Assembly: GCA_963760795.1 (NCBI GenBank)
Contig: CAVXEP010000020.1
Span: 32,001 to 96,000, forward strand
Direction of reading: 5' to 3'
From: an uncultured delta proteobacterium
GTDB taxonomy: Bacteria; Desulfobacterota; Binatia; UBA9968
Length of the DNA stretch: 64,000 nt
Part shown: positions 1 through 10,188 of the stretch, piece by piece
Numbering within the stretch: position 1 is the first letter of the stretch
Layout of the letters: each line of letters opens with the position of its first letter
The notes under the pieces: generated by a model
What the model saw: only the letters and a program-made list of their open reading frames with translations
The model's database searches: none
What the model was told of the DNA's origin: nothing
Program-made: the position numbers and the translations under genes

Positions 1-796
1 TCGATTCCGCCGCTGGCCAACGGCTCGTCACAACCGTCGATCTTCAACATGGCGAAGAATCTGCGCGCCTTGGGTTTTGCGCCGCAGATTAATGAAGAAC
101 CGTTGAAGCCGGTGACCGAACACTTCACCGCCATCGCCGAGCGCGACGGCCTCGCCATCGGCCAACCCCTCGCCTACGATCACTCGCAATACCTCCATCA
201 AGTCCCCGGCGGCATGATTTCCAACTTGCGCCACCAGCTACGTTTGGTCGGCATGGAAGATAAACTGCCGGCGACCTTGGACGAAGTCGGCGCGCGTGCG
301 CGCTGAGTTTGGCTTTCCGATCATGGTCACGCCGCTGTCGCAATTCGTCGGCACCCAGGCGGCGATCAACGTCATCGTCGGCGAGCGCTACAAGGAAGTC
401 ACCGATCAAGTGATCCAATACGCCCTCGGCGTCTGGGGCGCCGAAGCCACTGAGATCATGGATCCCAACGTGAAAGATCGCATACTGAATCGCGGCCGTG
501 CCAAGGAATGGACCGCCTGGGAACCGCCGCAACCTTCGCTCAAAGAAATCCGCAACAAATTCGGCGGCCCATCGCTCCCGGATGAAGAACTCATACTACG
601 CGTCTACGCCGGCAGCGATAATGTCAACGCGCTCTTGACCGCCGGCGCGCCACCGCCAAAACTCGACGGCAAACGGCCGCTCATGCAGCTGATCGAAGAA
701 CTAACCAAGAAAAAAGACAGCAGCCACATCCACATCCGCCGCGACGGTGTCTCGCTGACTTTGGGAAAGTCGCCCAAGGCCGAAACCTCGGCGTGA
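1..796 (+). CDS. Pyruvate/oxaloacetate carboxyltransferase-like protein (OadA/PycB type), 5'-truncated by window edge, apparent frameshift near 290
   Basis: Motifs HQVPGGMISNL and VRAEFGFPIMVTPLSQFVGTQA; ORFs 49..306 and 296..796 join if one base near 290 is removed. Confidence 0.85.
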
Positions 797-812
797 AATG
801 CGGCGGTTGTTC

Positions 813-881
813 TCACCACGAAGGCACGAAGGACACGAAGGTTCGAAAAATTTTTCGACTCTTCGTGATCCTTCGTGGTGA
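813..881. repeat. Palindromic intergenic element, family A (CACCACGAAG...CTTCGTGGTG)
   Basis: tcaccacgaaggcacgaaggacacgaag ... cttcgtgatccttcgtggtga; related copies at 7773-7853, 18355-18648, 21511-21540, 24874-24938. Confidence 0.85.
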
Positions 882-909
882 AAAATCTTTAGCATCCTAT
901 GGAGCAACC

Positions 910-2349
910 ATGAACTACCACGGCCTGCGCGACTGGCTCGCCAAAGTCGACGCCTTCGGCGAACTGACGACGCTCGAAAACATCGACTGGAATCTAGAAA
1001 TGGGCGCCATCGTCGACGTGCTCTACCGCGAGCATCCGCCCCATGCGCCGGCGCTGATCTTCGACAACATCAAAGACCATCGGCCCGGCTATCGCACACT
1101 GTTCGGCCATTTCGCCTCGCCGAAGCGCATCGCGCTGACCCTCGGCGTCACCGAGGAGTTCGATCACGTGTTGGAATTCACTCGCATCTATCATCAGCGC
1201 ATGAAGCAGAGCGCGCCGCTGCGCATGGAACAAGTGACAACCGGCCCGGTTCATGAAAACGTCCAAGAGGGCAACCACGTCGATCTGTCGATCTTCCCTT
1301 CGCCGCTTATGCATGAAAAAGACGGCGGCCGCTACATCGGCACCGGCCATCTGGTGATCACCAAAGATCCCGATTCGGATTGGATCAACGTCGGCACCTA
1401 CCGGATCATGTCGCAGGATAAAAACACGCTGAGCATTTACATCGGTCCGGGAAAACACGCCTTCATTCACAAACAGAAATATTTTGACAAAAACCAAGCG
1501 ATGCCGGTCAACGTCGTTCTCGGCAGCGATCCTCTCGACTGGTTCGCCGCGGCCTGTCCGGTGCCCGCGGGCGTCAGCGAGTTCGACTACTCCGGCGGGT
1601 TGCGCGGCGCGCCGACCAAAGTGATTCGCAGCGACATCACTGGCCTACCCTATCCCGCCGATGCGGAAATTGTTTTAGAGGGCGAAATCCGCCCGGGTGA
1701 ATTTAAAGACGAAGGTCCCTTTGGCGAGTGGCCCGGCTACTACGCCAGTCCTCGCAGCCCCGAGCCGTTCATTCGTGTCAAACGCGTCTTGTATCGAAAT
1801 AATCCGATTATTTCCTGCGCCAACCCGGCGCGCCCGCCGCACACTCTCACGCTCCTGCGCGCCATCACCCGCTCGGCCCATGTCTGGGAAGAAATGGAAA
1901 AAGCCGGCATCCCGGACATAAAAGGCGTCTGGTCCCACGAGCCCGGCCCGCGCCAGTTCACCGTCGTCGCCATCAAGCAGCGTTATCCCGGCCATGTGAA
2001 ACAAGCCGGTATGATCGCGTCCCAATGCTTCTCCGGCGGCTATCAAAATCGCTTCACCATCGTTGTCGACGACGACATCGATCCGACGCGCATTGACGAT
2101 GTCGTCTGGGCGCTATCGACCCGCTGCGATCCCGCGGACGACATCGACATCCAGCGGCGCAGCTGGTCCAGCGCCCTCGACCCGATGATCCATCCCGACT
2201 CTAAAGTATTTCTCAATTCCCGCGCCGTCATCGACGCCTGCCGACCATATGAATGGATGAATAAATTTCCCGAAGTCGCCGAAACCAGTCGGGAGTTACG
2301 CAAAACCGTCCTCGGCAAGTTCGGCCGCGCGTTTTTCGGACTCAAATGA
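910..2349 (+). CDS. UbiD-family (prFMN-dependent) decarboxylase
   Basis: EGPFGEW motif, DGGRYIGT, NVGTYR, VVDDDIDP; ATG 910 preceded by GGAG (the upstream extension of the ORF runs through a repeat). Confidence 0.93.
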   Translation: MNYHGLRDWLAKVDAFGELTTLENIDWNLEMGAIVDVLYREHPPHAPALIFDNIKDHRPGYRTLFGHFASPKRIALTLGVTEEFDHVLEFTRIYHQRMKQSAPLRMEQVTTGPVHENVQEGNHVDLSIFPSPLMHEKDGGRYIGTGHLVITKDPDSDWINVGTYRIMSQDKNTLSIYIGPGKHAFIHKQKYFDKNQAMPVNVVLGSDPLDWFAAACPVPAGVSEFDYSGGLRGAPTKVIRSDITGLPYPADAEIVLEGEIRPGEFKDEGPFGEWPGYYASPRSPEPFIRVKRVLYRNNPIISCANPARPPHTLTLLRAITRSAHVWEEMEKAGIPDIKGVWSHEPGPRQFTVVAIKQRYPGHVKQAGMIASQCFSGGYQNRFTIVVDDDIDPTRIDDVVWALSTRCDPADDIDIQRRSWSSALDPMIHPDSKVFLNSRAVIDACRPYEWMNKFPEVAETSRELRKTVLGKFGRAFFGLK

Positions 2350-2496
2350 CTACCTGCGCGCGGTGACAAACTCTCAGATAACGACCAAATCTTCGACTTT
2401 GCAATTGGGTAATTCTTACGTGTTTCGTAGTAGGAATTTTACCTACTTCCAGCTACTGAAAAACTAGAAATCGCCGTAATTTCGCCCACTTCCCGC

Positions 2497-2512
2497 TGGC
2501 CCAAGGTTTGCT
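2497..2512 (+). promoter_or_regulatory. Putative sigma-54 promoter (-24/-12)
   Basis: TGGCCCAAGGTTTGCT, GG-N10-GC spacing, about 28 nt upstream of ATG 2540; inverted repeat gtagg-N7-cctac at about 2429-2445. Confidence 0.55.
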
Positions 2513-2539
2513 GTTTTTAACCCACGAGAGGGAAAAACT

Positions 2540-2818
2540 ATGAAATACGGTATTTTTATATTTATTCTCGTTTTTGTCTTCAGAGCCGTTTCAACGTCGG
2601 CTTTTGATTTGAAAAATAACCAGCGCGACGAGCGCGATTTGCGCATCGAGATCGAAACGATTCCGTCGCCAGTGCAGCATGACTTTGACAAGTACATCCA
2701 AGACCTCGCTGCCGCGGCGCAAAGGGAGGCGAGCCCGGAAGAACGGGCGCGAAAAGAAGAAGCAGCTAAGGATCACCAAATTAAAGTGCTAAACCCGATC
2801 GTGCTTTTCCGCTGGTAA
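2540..2818 (+). CDS. Small secreted hypothetical protein
   Basis: Signal-peptide-like N-terminus (MKYGIFIFILVFVFRAVSTSA), GAGGG RBS, 92 aa ending in an aromatic residue (LFRW). Confidence 0.65.
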   Translation: MKYGIFIFILVFVFRAVSTSAFDLKNNQRDERDLRIEIETIPSPVQHDFDKYIQDLAAAAQREASPEERARKEEAAKDHQIKVLNPIVLFRW

Positions 2819-3125
2819 CCGGCTTTCCTTGAGTTAAGGTGTGCGCTACGGCGGACCCACACCGCGTAGGAAGATTTTACTAAACTCATTTTTCTAATCA
2901 TCGAACGCTTTCCGTCGTGCAATATTATTTGCCGTATTGAATCTATCCTCCCCCGGCAGGGGTGGGTAAATGCCTTTACGATTGGCAAACTCCACGCCCT
3001 AGGCGAGAATTGTCGTCGTTTGATTGTCGAAATAGAAGACTTGGAACGCTTTATCTACGCTGGAGCGGCGGTTTTGCTGAGCACAACCCCCATGCGAGTC
3101 ACCCAGCATTATTCCCCTGCACACG

Positions 3126-3245
3126 GTCATCGACGCCGGCCAGCTGTATGCATGGATGAGTAAATATCCGGAGATCGCCGAAATCAGGAAGCACTAAGAA
3201 AAAATACTGGCAAAGGCGGGACGGCCGTTGATTGGTCTTCAGTGA
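3126..3245 (+). pseudogene. Degenerate copy of the 3' tail of the upstream UbiD gene
   Basis: Translates VIDAGQLYAWMSKYPEIAEIRKH*EKILAKAGRPLIGLQ* versus UbiD VIDACRPYEWMNKFPEVAETSRELRKTVLGKFGRAFFGLK* (2227-2349). Confidence 0.8.
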
Positions 3246-3426
3246 GAGCTGGGGAGGCCATTGTTGTCGTGCGGTTGTGGTGTGCGGAGGATAGCAGCCT
3301 CCGCGCCTGAGTGTAGATGACTGGAAAGTTCGTCTTTGCACTGTGCGTCGCGTGAGATATGATCCTCTGCGGCGACCTTGAACAATATTCGCGAGCTTGA
3401 GCGCTGAGCGATTTGCAAAGCTAACC

Positions 3427-3951
3427 ATGGCGATCTATCAACTGGGCGATGACATACCAAATATTCCTAATTCAGCCTATGTCGCAGCTGAAGCGACTGT
3501 CATTGGCAAAGTTACTTTGGGCGAGAACGTGAGCGTCTGGCCCGGCGTCGTTATGCGTGGCGACAACGATTCGATTACGATCGGCAATGGCAGCAACGTC
3601 CAAGACAACGCCGTGCTGCACACTGATCCTGGATTTCCACTCTTGGTCGGCGAGAACGTCACCATTGGCCACCAGGCTGTACTGCACGGCTGCACTATCG
3701 GCGACGGCTCGCTCGTTGGCATCCAAGCCGTCGTGTTGAACGGCGCCGTTATCGGCAAAAACTGCCTGGTCGGCGCCGGCGCTTTAGTGCTGGAAGGAAA
3801 GAGCTACGGCGAGCGCAAACTCATCCTCGGCTCACCAGCCAAAGTCATCCGCGAACTCACTGATGAAGATATCGAAAAAATGCATCGCGCCGCACCGGGC
3901 TATGTGCGGCGCCAGGAAATGTACAAATTGAAGTTAAAGAAACTCGGCTGA
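3427..3951 (+). CDS. Gamma carbonic anhydrase family protein (YrdA/PaaY-like)
   Basis: Hexapeptide repeats, RGDND, NVQDNAVLH, TIGHQAVLHGC (Zn histidines). Confidence 0.93.
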   Translation: MAIYQLGDDIPNIPNSAYVAAEATVIGKVTLGENVSVWPGVVMRGDNDSITIGNGSNVQDNAVLHTDPGFPLLVGENVTIGHQAVLHGCTIGDGSLVGIQAVVLNGAVIGKNCLVGAGALVLEGKSYGERKLILGSPAKVIRELTDEDIEKMHRAAPGYVRRQEMYKLKLKKLG

Positions 3952-4068
3952 TCCAAGTTTAAGTCCGGCGCAATAAACCTGGATCCCCGCGTGCGCGGGA
4001 ATACCGAATTCGCGCGTCACCTTCATCTATCGCCTGCCTGTAACGCAACGACACCTTAACACACACCG

Positions 4069-5073
4069 TCACTTCAAAAATATCTTGCCTAACTCCTTTT
4101 TCTTTTCCTCGAACGCTTTCGCCTCCAGCACTTCCATTTGCACGTACTGAATCTTGTCGGCGCCGGGGAGCGGCGGGTAGATGCCTTTGCGATTGGGGAA
4201 TTCGCCGGCTTGGGCAAGGATTTTCATATTCTCGTCGTCGAGGTAGTAGTCGATGAACGCTTTGCCGGCGCTTGGGCGCGGCGCTTTGTTGCTGAGCACG
4301 GCGTAGTGAGCATCGCCGAGCATTTTTTCGAGACGCACGTAGTCTAGCGGCGCACCGCCCTTGGCCGCGGTGTAGGCGTATTTGATGAAAGTCAGGGCGA
4401 TGGGAAACTCGCCGTTGGCCATGCGCTCGGCCGCCGGCAGCATCGACTCGACCAAGGTCGGCTTCGTCGCCGCCAGATCACGGATGAATTTGTCGGCGCG
4501 TTCTTTGGGCATGATCTTGTGCAAACTCGATAGCCATTGAATGGTCGTCACGTGTAGCGTCGGATCGGCCATCACCAGCATGCCTTTGTATTTTGCATTG
4601 ACCAGATCGTCGAGCGACTTGGGCGCGTCCTCGGCTTTGATCGAGCCCTTGTGATAGACCACGCCGACGATGCCGTAGCGGCTTACCGGGCCGAGCCGCG
4701 CATCGATCTGCTCCTTGGGATATTTTTTCGCCGTCGGCGAGTCGTACTTGGCGATCATCCCTTCGTTGGCCATGATCACCAATGGATCCGAGTTGTTCAT
4801 GACGATGTCGTAGAGCGGCGCGCCGGCGCGGTACTCGCTCATCGACCGGTTCATCACGCTCATCGCCGAAGCGCGCCAGTACTCGGCGTTGAGCCCGGTC
4901 TTCTTGCGAAAGCCAGCCAACACTTCATCCACCACCTGGCTCTCCAACGAGCCGTAAATCACCACCTTACCGCCTTCTTTTTTAGCCGCGTCGATGGTTT
5001 TCGCATCCTGGGCAAAAGTTGGTGACGCCCAGAAAAATACCGCGAGAGCTAAAATCACAATGACGAATTTCAT
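4069..5073 (-). CDS. ABC-type extracellular solute-binding protein (Fe3+/thiamine/polyamine-like)
   Basis: Signal peptide, AAKKEGGKVVIY, KSLDDLVNAKYKG, APRPSAGKAFIDY. Confidence 0.88.
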   Translation of the reverse strand: MKFVIVILALAVFFWASPTFAQDAKTIDAAKKEGGKVVIYGSLESQVVDEVLAGFRKKTGLNAEYWRASAMSVMNRSMSEYRAGAPLYDIVMNNSDPLVIMANEGMIAKYDSPTAKKYPKEQIDARLGPVSRYGIVGVVYHKGSIKAEDAPKSLDDLVNAKYKGMLVMADPTLHVTTIQWLSSLHKIMPKERADKFIRDLAATKPTLVESMLPAAERMANGEFPIALTFIKYAYTAAKGGAPLDYVRLEKMLGDAHYAVLSNKAPRPSAGKAFIDYYLDDENMKILAQAGEFPNRKGIYPPLPGADKIQYVQMEVLEAKAFEEKKKELGKIFLK

Positions 5074-5231
5074 TTCCCCTCCATTAAATCCTGCGACTCC
5101 AACTATCACGGCAGGAATTCTCCGGTCAACATTGAACATTGAACCTTTGAACTGTTTAACCCTCCTGCGTTGACATGAGCGAAGTCAACTTGTTATAGCC
5201 GATTGAAGTTCCAACGAAAGGTGCTCAAACA

Positions 5232-6299
5232 ATGCAAATCATCGACGCCGACGGCCATGTCAACGACCGCCCCTGTATGGACGAAATATCTAAATTCATG
5301 CCGGCGGGCAATCGCACGCAGGTATTTCCTGCTTTCGATCATATTCACTTTCATTACTTGGAAGGCGGCGAAAAGCGTTCGCGCACCGGCGATGTCGGCC
5401 CCAAAGAATGGCTCGACTTCCTGGACGAAACTGAGATCGATTGGACCGTCGTCTATCCCACGGCAGGATTAGCCGTCGGCCGGATCATCGCCGAAGACTG
5501 GGCTATCGCCGCTTGCCGCGCTTATAACAATTGGCTTTATGAAAAATTCACCAAGGTTACGCCGCGCATCAAAGGCATGGCGCTAATCCCGATCCAAGAT
5601 ACTCAAGCCGCCTGTGAAGAATTGCGCCGCGCGGTAAAAGAACTCGGCATGGCCGGCGCCATGCTGCCATCCAACGGCGAAGGCATCAAAGGCCACTTCG
5701 GCTCAAAAATCTATTGGCCGATCTACGAGGAAGCCGAGAAACTCAACGCGCCGCTGGCGGTTCACGTCGGCGCGCTGCACCATTTAGGCATGGACAGCAT
5801 CGGCGTTTACTATCCGGTGCATGCCCTCGGCCATCCGTTCGGGATCATGGCGCAAGCAGCCGCGATGCTCTCCTACGGCGTGTTCGATCGCTTCCCCAAA
5901 CTGCGCGTCGGTTTCCTCGAAGGTGGCGCGACCTGGGTGCCGTTCTTCATGGACCGTCTCGACCGCTCCTACCCGCATCATCTGCAGGTCGACATTCATG
6001 GCGAATTCCTGCCGAGCTCGCACCCTGATGTGATGGCCAGCGAATATTTCCGCCGGCAAACCAAAGCCGGCAAAATTTTTGTCGGCTTCGACGGTGACGA
6101 TCATGGCCTCGGCTACGCGGTCAAAGAAGCGGGCAACGAGTCGTTCGTCTTCGCCACCGACTTTCCGCACGAGAGCTTCGATGCCAAATCCTGCCGCATC
6201 GAGCTCCAGCATATTCTCAGCCGCGAAGATCTCAGTCAGGCCGATAAAGAAGCGATTCTGGGAAAAAATGCCATAACATTCTACGGCGTCGAGCGCTGA
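5232..6299 (+). CDS. Amidohydrolase family protein (Amidohydro_2)
   Basis: IIDADGH, AYNNWL, VHVG, FLEGG, FATDFPH. Confidence 0.92.
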   Translation: MQIIDADGHVNDRPCMDEISKFMPAGNRTQVFPAFDHIHFHYLEGGEKRSRTGDVGPKEWLDFLDETEIDWTVVYPTAGLAVGRIIAEDWAIAACRAYNNWLYEKFTKVTPRIKGMALIPIQDTQAACEELRRAVKELGMAGAMLPSNGEGIKGHFGSKIYWPIYEEAEKLNAPLAVHVGALHHLGMDSIGVYYPVHALGHPFGIMAQAAAMLSYGVFDRFPKLRVGFLEGGATWVPFFMDRLDRSYPHHLQVDIHGEFLPSSHPDVMASEYFRRQTKAGKIFVGFDGDDHGLGYAVKEAGNESFVFATDFPHESFDAKSCRIELQHILSREDLSQADKEAILGKNAITFYGVER

Positions 6300-6314
6300 A
6301 GCGGAGACTCACCC

Positions 6315-6714
6315 GTGCTGCGAATATTATCCGCCTACGAGCCCCAGAGTCTACGCAATCATGCGCATTATCGTCGGCCTACTATTTGTCTGCCACGGTT
6401 TGCAGAAAACTGCCGGCGCCTTTGGCGGGGTCAACGGCGAGCCGGCACCATTGTTTAGTTTGCTCGGTATCGCCGGTTACCTCGAACTCGCACTTGGGTT
6501 GATGATTACCATGGGCATATTTACCGTTGCCGCCGCGTTTCTAGCCAGCGGCCATATGGCCGCGGCCTACTTCATCGGCCATTTTCCAATGGGCTACTGG
6601 CCAATCACGAATCAAGGTGAAGTAGCAGTCTTATACTGTTTCGTGTTTCTCTATATCGCCGCGCACGGCCCCGGCATCTGGAGCGTCGATATGTTCGGCA
6701 GCGCGACGCGGTGA
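6315..6714 (+). CDS. DoxX family membrane protein (N-terminus joined across a +1 indel in a C run at about 6342-6345)
   Basis: HGLQK, ASGHMAAAYF, GEVAVLYCFVFL, GPGIWSVD; GTG 6315 after GGAG gives MLRILSAYEPRVYAIMR if one C is removed. Confidence 0.85.
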
Positions 6715-6828
6715 TTGTCAACCGAGATACATAACTCATAGGGTCTTTGATTTTAACCTTTGTACTGGACGGAGGCTTTGTGATTAAATCGCACCGTTAA
6801 CGATTCTAGGAAAACTTCAGGAGTATTC

Positions 6829-7740
6829 ATGGCAGAAACTTCTTCAGCTGTAGCGACACCTCGCGTCAAAGGCCCGCTCGTCTGGCTCGGCATGGATCAG
6901 CAAGAGCTCGATGACGCTTACGATCAGACAGTCTACGCCCCCAATCAACCCTTGCTCGCCAAGCGCCGCGCCGCCGCCAGCGAGTCGGTGTTGAAACGAT
7001 TTCCGCCGGAGCGCGTCGTCTACGGCCCCAGCGAGCATGAAAAACTCGATATCTACAAAACTCATAAGCCCAACGCGCCGGTGAATGTCTACGTCCACGG
7101 CGGCGCCTGGCGCAACGGCCAGGCCAAAGACTTCGCCTTCCCCGCCGAGATGTTCGTCAACGCCGGCGCGAATTTCGTCGTCCTCGACTTCGTGCAAATT
7201 CAGGACACCGGCGGCAACCTGCTGCCGATGGCGCAGCAAGTCCGCAGCGCCGTCGCCTGGGTCTACAAAAACGCCGCGCGCTTCGGCGCCGATGCCAATC
7301 GCGTCTACATCACCGGCCATTCCTCCGGCGCGCACTTGAGCGGCTGCGCGTTGGTCACCGACTGGCAAAAAGATTTTGGCCTGCCGCCCGACATTCTCAA
7401 AGCTGGATTGTTAGTCAGCGGCATGTACGATTTGCACCCGGTGCGGCTTTCGAAGCGCAGTGAGTATGTGAAATTCACCGACGAGGTCGAGCAAGCGCTC
7501 AGCTCGCAACGCCATCTGGACAAGCTGCATGCGCCGATCACCGTCTGCTATGGCACCCAAGAAACGCCAGAGTTCCAGCGCCAAAACCGCGACTTCGCCG
7601 CCGCGGTGAAAGCTGCCGGTAAGCCGGTGGAACTCCTCGTCGGCGAAAGCTTGAACCACTTCGAGATGCAGGAAACCTTGGGCAATCCCTACGGCATCGG
7701 CGGCCGGGCGGCGTTAAAAATGATGAACTTGTCCGCTTAA
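6829..7740 (+). CDS. Alpha/beta hydrolase (arylformamidase/kynurenine formamidase-like)
   Basis: HGGAW oxyanion motif, GHSSG nucleophile elbow, SGMYDL, NHFE. Confidence 0.9.
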   Translation: MAETSSAVATPRVKGPLVWLGMDQQELDDAYDQTVYAPNQPLLAKRRAAASESVLKRFPPERVVYGPSEHEKLDIYKTHKPNAPVNVYVHGGAWRNGQAKDFAFPAEMFVNAGANFVVLDFVQIQDTGGNLLPMAQQVRSAVAWVYKNAARFGADANRVYITGHSSGAHLSGCALVTDWQKDFGLPPDILKAGLLVSGMYDLHPVRLSKRSEYVKFTDEVEQALSSQRHLDKLHAPITVCYGTQETPEFQRQNRDFAAAVKAAGKPVELLVGESLNHFEMQETLGNPYGIGGRAALKMMNLSA

Positions 7741-7772
7741 CCATTTCTTTCAGGTTTATGCTGAGGAAGCCT

Positions 7773-7853
7773 CACCACGAAGTTCACGAAAGGACACGAA
7801 GGGTTCGGATGATCAAAATTCTGAACTTCGTGCTCTTCGTGTCCTTCGTGGTG
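7773..7853. repeat. Palindromic intergenic element, family A
   Basis: caccacgaagttcacgaaaggacacgaag ... cttcgtgctcttcgtgtccttcgtggtg. Confidence 0.85.
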
Positions 7854-7920
7854 TAAAAGTCTTATTGACCGTGGCACTTGAGCCACACAAAGGCCGCAGA
7901 GTGTTTGACTAGGAGGAACC

Positions 7921-8461
7921 ATGAGCCGTATTCCCCACGCTAAGCGCGATGAATTGTCGCCCGAACAGCAAAAGATTTGGGATCACATCCACGCCGTCCG
8001 CACTGGCGGCGGCGGGCCCTATTCGATGCTGCTGCATGTGCCCGGCCCTCGCCGCCAACGTCGCCGCCACCGAAGATTATTTTCGCTTGGATTCGGCGCT
8101 CAGCGATGCCGACCGCGAGATCGTCATCCTCGCCGCGGCGCGCGAGCTCGGCGCGCACTATCCCTGGGTGCGCCACGAAGCACGCGCCCGGCAAGTCGGC
8201 GTGCGCACGGAAGTGATCGAGACCTTGCGCGCCCAAGGCTCCCGCGCCGGCTTCACGCCGCGCGAGCAACTTCTGACCGACATCCCGCTGAGCTTGGTGC
8301 GCGAACACGGCTTGTCCGATGAACTATTCGCCCGCGCCGAACGCGAGTTGAATCGCCGACAACTCGTCGAAGTCATCGGCCTGGTCGGCCACTACAGCAC
8401 CATCAGCTTCGTCGCCAACACCTTCCAAATACCCAAGCCCGAAGGCAGCCAGACATTTTAG
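7921..8461 (+). CDS. Carboxymuconolactone decarboxylase (CMD/AhpD-like) protein, apparent frameshift at about 8042
   Basis: ORFs 7921..8322 and 7949..8461 join; REIVILAAAR, HYPWVRHE; paralog of the next gene. Confidence 0.85.
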
Positions 8462-8471
8462 AAAGGTTTCT

Positions 8472-9011
8472 ATGAGCAAACTACCCAACGCGACACGCGA
8501 AGGACTTTCCGCAGAGCAGCTGAAAATCTGGGACCGAATCTTCGAGGGTCGCACCGGCGGCGGCGGTCCTTACTCCATGCTGATGCACTCGCCGGAGATG
8601 GCACAGCACTTCGCCGCCACCGAAGACTACTTTCGCAACCATTCGCTCCTGCCCGATGCCGACCGCGAGATCATCATCCTCACCGCTGCCCGCGAAGTAA
8701 GCGCCCACTACGCCTGGACGCGCCACGAAATCCGCGCTCACAAAGTCGGCATCATGCCGGAAACGATCGAAGCGCTGCGCGCCCATGCCGACGCCGACAA
8801 ATTCACCGGCAAAGAAAGACTGCTGGTGGAATTTACCCGCACGCTGATGAACCAACATGAGCTACCCGAAGAATTGTTCGCACGGATGGAAAAGGAGTTC
8901 GGCAAGGCAAAGTTTATCGAAGCCGTCGGCCTGCTCGGCCACTACATCACCATCGGCACAGTGATAAGAATGTTCGACGTCAGACCGCCGGCGGGAAGTA
9001 AGACTTTCTAA
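8472..9011 (+). CDS. CMD/AhpD-like family protein (no CxxC)
   Basis: GGPYSMLMHSP, REIIILTAAR, HYAWTRHE, VGLLGHY. Confidence 0.88.
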   Translation: MSKLPNATREGLSAEQLKIWDRIFEGRTGGGGPYSMLMHSPEMAQHFAATEDYFRNHSLLPDADREIIILTAAREVSAHYAWTRHEIRAHKVGIMPETIEALRAHADADKFTGKERLLVEFTRTLMNQHELPEELFARMEKEFGKAKFIEAVGLLGHYITIGTVIRMFDVRPPAGSKTF

Positions 9012-9031
9012 GAACGCTGCAGAGACAACTC

Positions 9032-9141
9032 CGTCATACCGGCGAAGGCCGGTATCCAGACCCTTCCTCCAGCTGGATACCGTTCTTCAACGGTATGATC
9101 GACGCTGTCGGTCACCTGGATTCCGCGTGCGCGGGAATGAC
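9032..9141. repeat. REP-like palindrome cluster, family C (GTCAT.CC...GG.ATCCA / TGGAT.CC...GG.ATGAC)
   Basis: cgtcataccggcgaaggccggtatccag, ctggataccg..cggtatga, cctggattccgcgtgcgcgggaatgacg; related copies at about 3978-4005, 18440-18517, 24668-24806, 39293-39368. Confidence 0.8.
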
Positions 9142-9175
9142 GAATTTTCGGCTTAATCCTCTCCCTTTACCGTCT

Positions 9176-10171
9176 TCATTTCGCTGGATATCTCTTACTC
9201 AATTCAACAAAGAACCCTTCTTTGTCCAACTCGTTTAACACACCGGCGTCGTAAAACTGCTCGGGCTTGGCGGTTTTTGCCTGGGGCATCTGCGGCGCCA
9301 GCATGTCGAGGATGAATTGAATTCCTTTCGGCGTGAACGTCGGCTTTCTGGGAATCGTCTTCACATAATTTTGGTAGGAAGTCTCCAGCACCTCGGCGTC
9401 ATTGCTGCGCATATACTTGGCGAAGACTTTCTGCGACTCCGGCTTGCGCGCGTAGATGAAATGGATCGACTCCAAGTAACCCTTCATAACATTCTTGACG
9501 ATATCGCGGCTGTTCTTCAAATACGCCCGCGAAGTCGCCAGGCCGTTGCCCTGCACTTCGACACCGAGATCGGCGATCTGCAGCAAATCGACAAAACCCA
9601 TCTTGCGCGCGATCGGCGCGGTTGAAAGATTGAAAAATGACGCATCCACCGTCCCCGCGCTCATCGCCCCCAAGCGCTCGGCATCGGGACCGCCCGGCAC
9701 CAGGATCAAGTCCTTGTTTATTTCCAAATTGAGATGTTTAGCGAGAATTTGCGCTGCGTAATGGGTAATCGAGCCGAAGCCGCTGATGGCCAGCTTCTTA
9801 CCTTTGAGTTGTTCCAGACTGGCTATGCCGGGCCGGACGAAGACCAGCTGATAAAACTTGTTCTCCATGCTGGCGACCAAGACCAGATTATAACCGGTAA
9901 GATTGGCCTGAATTACCGTGCCGACATTAACCATCGGCGGCTCCCCCGCCGCCAACGCTTGCGTCGCCACCTGCCCACCGCGCAAAAACACTGGGTCGAC
10001 CTCGACGCCGTATTTGCGAAATAGACCTTGCTCTTTGCCGACCCAGATATGGCTCTGGGTAAACGCCAGGGACGGATAGCCCATGGTGATGCGCTTCAGC
10101 TCTTGGGCTTCGACCCCACTGGCGATCAAGGCTAAAACTAGGAACAGCCCCGCTACTGCCAACTTAAACAT
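9176..10171 (-). CDS. ABC substrate-binding protein (NMT1/SsuA/TauA-like)
   Basis: Signal peptide, GLFRKYGVEVD, LKGKKLAISGFGS. Confidence 0.9.
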   Translation of the reverse strand: MFKLAVAGLFLVLALIASGVEAQELKRITMGYPSLAFTQSHIWVGKEQGLFRKYGVEVDPVFLRGGQVATQALAAGEPPMVNVGTVIQANLTGYNLVLVASMENKFYQLVFVRPGIASLEQLKGKKLAISGFGSITHYAAQILAKHLNLEINKDLILVPGGPDAERLGAMSAGTVDASFFNLSTAPIARKMGFVDLLQIADLGVEVQGNGLATSRAYLKNSRDIVKNVMKGYLESIHFIYARKPESQKVFAKYMRSNDAEVLETSYQNYVKTIPRKPTFTPKGIQFILDMLAPQMPQAKTAKPEQFYDAGVLNELDKEGFFVELSKRYPAK

Positions 10172-10188
10172 CGCGCCTCCTCAGAGAA

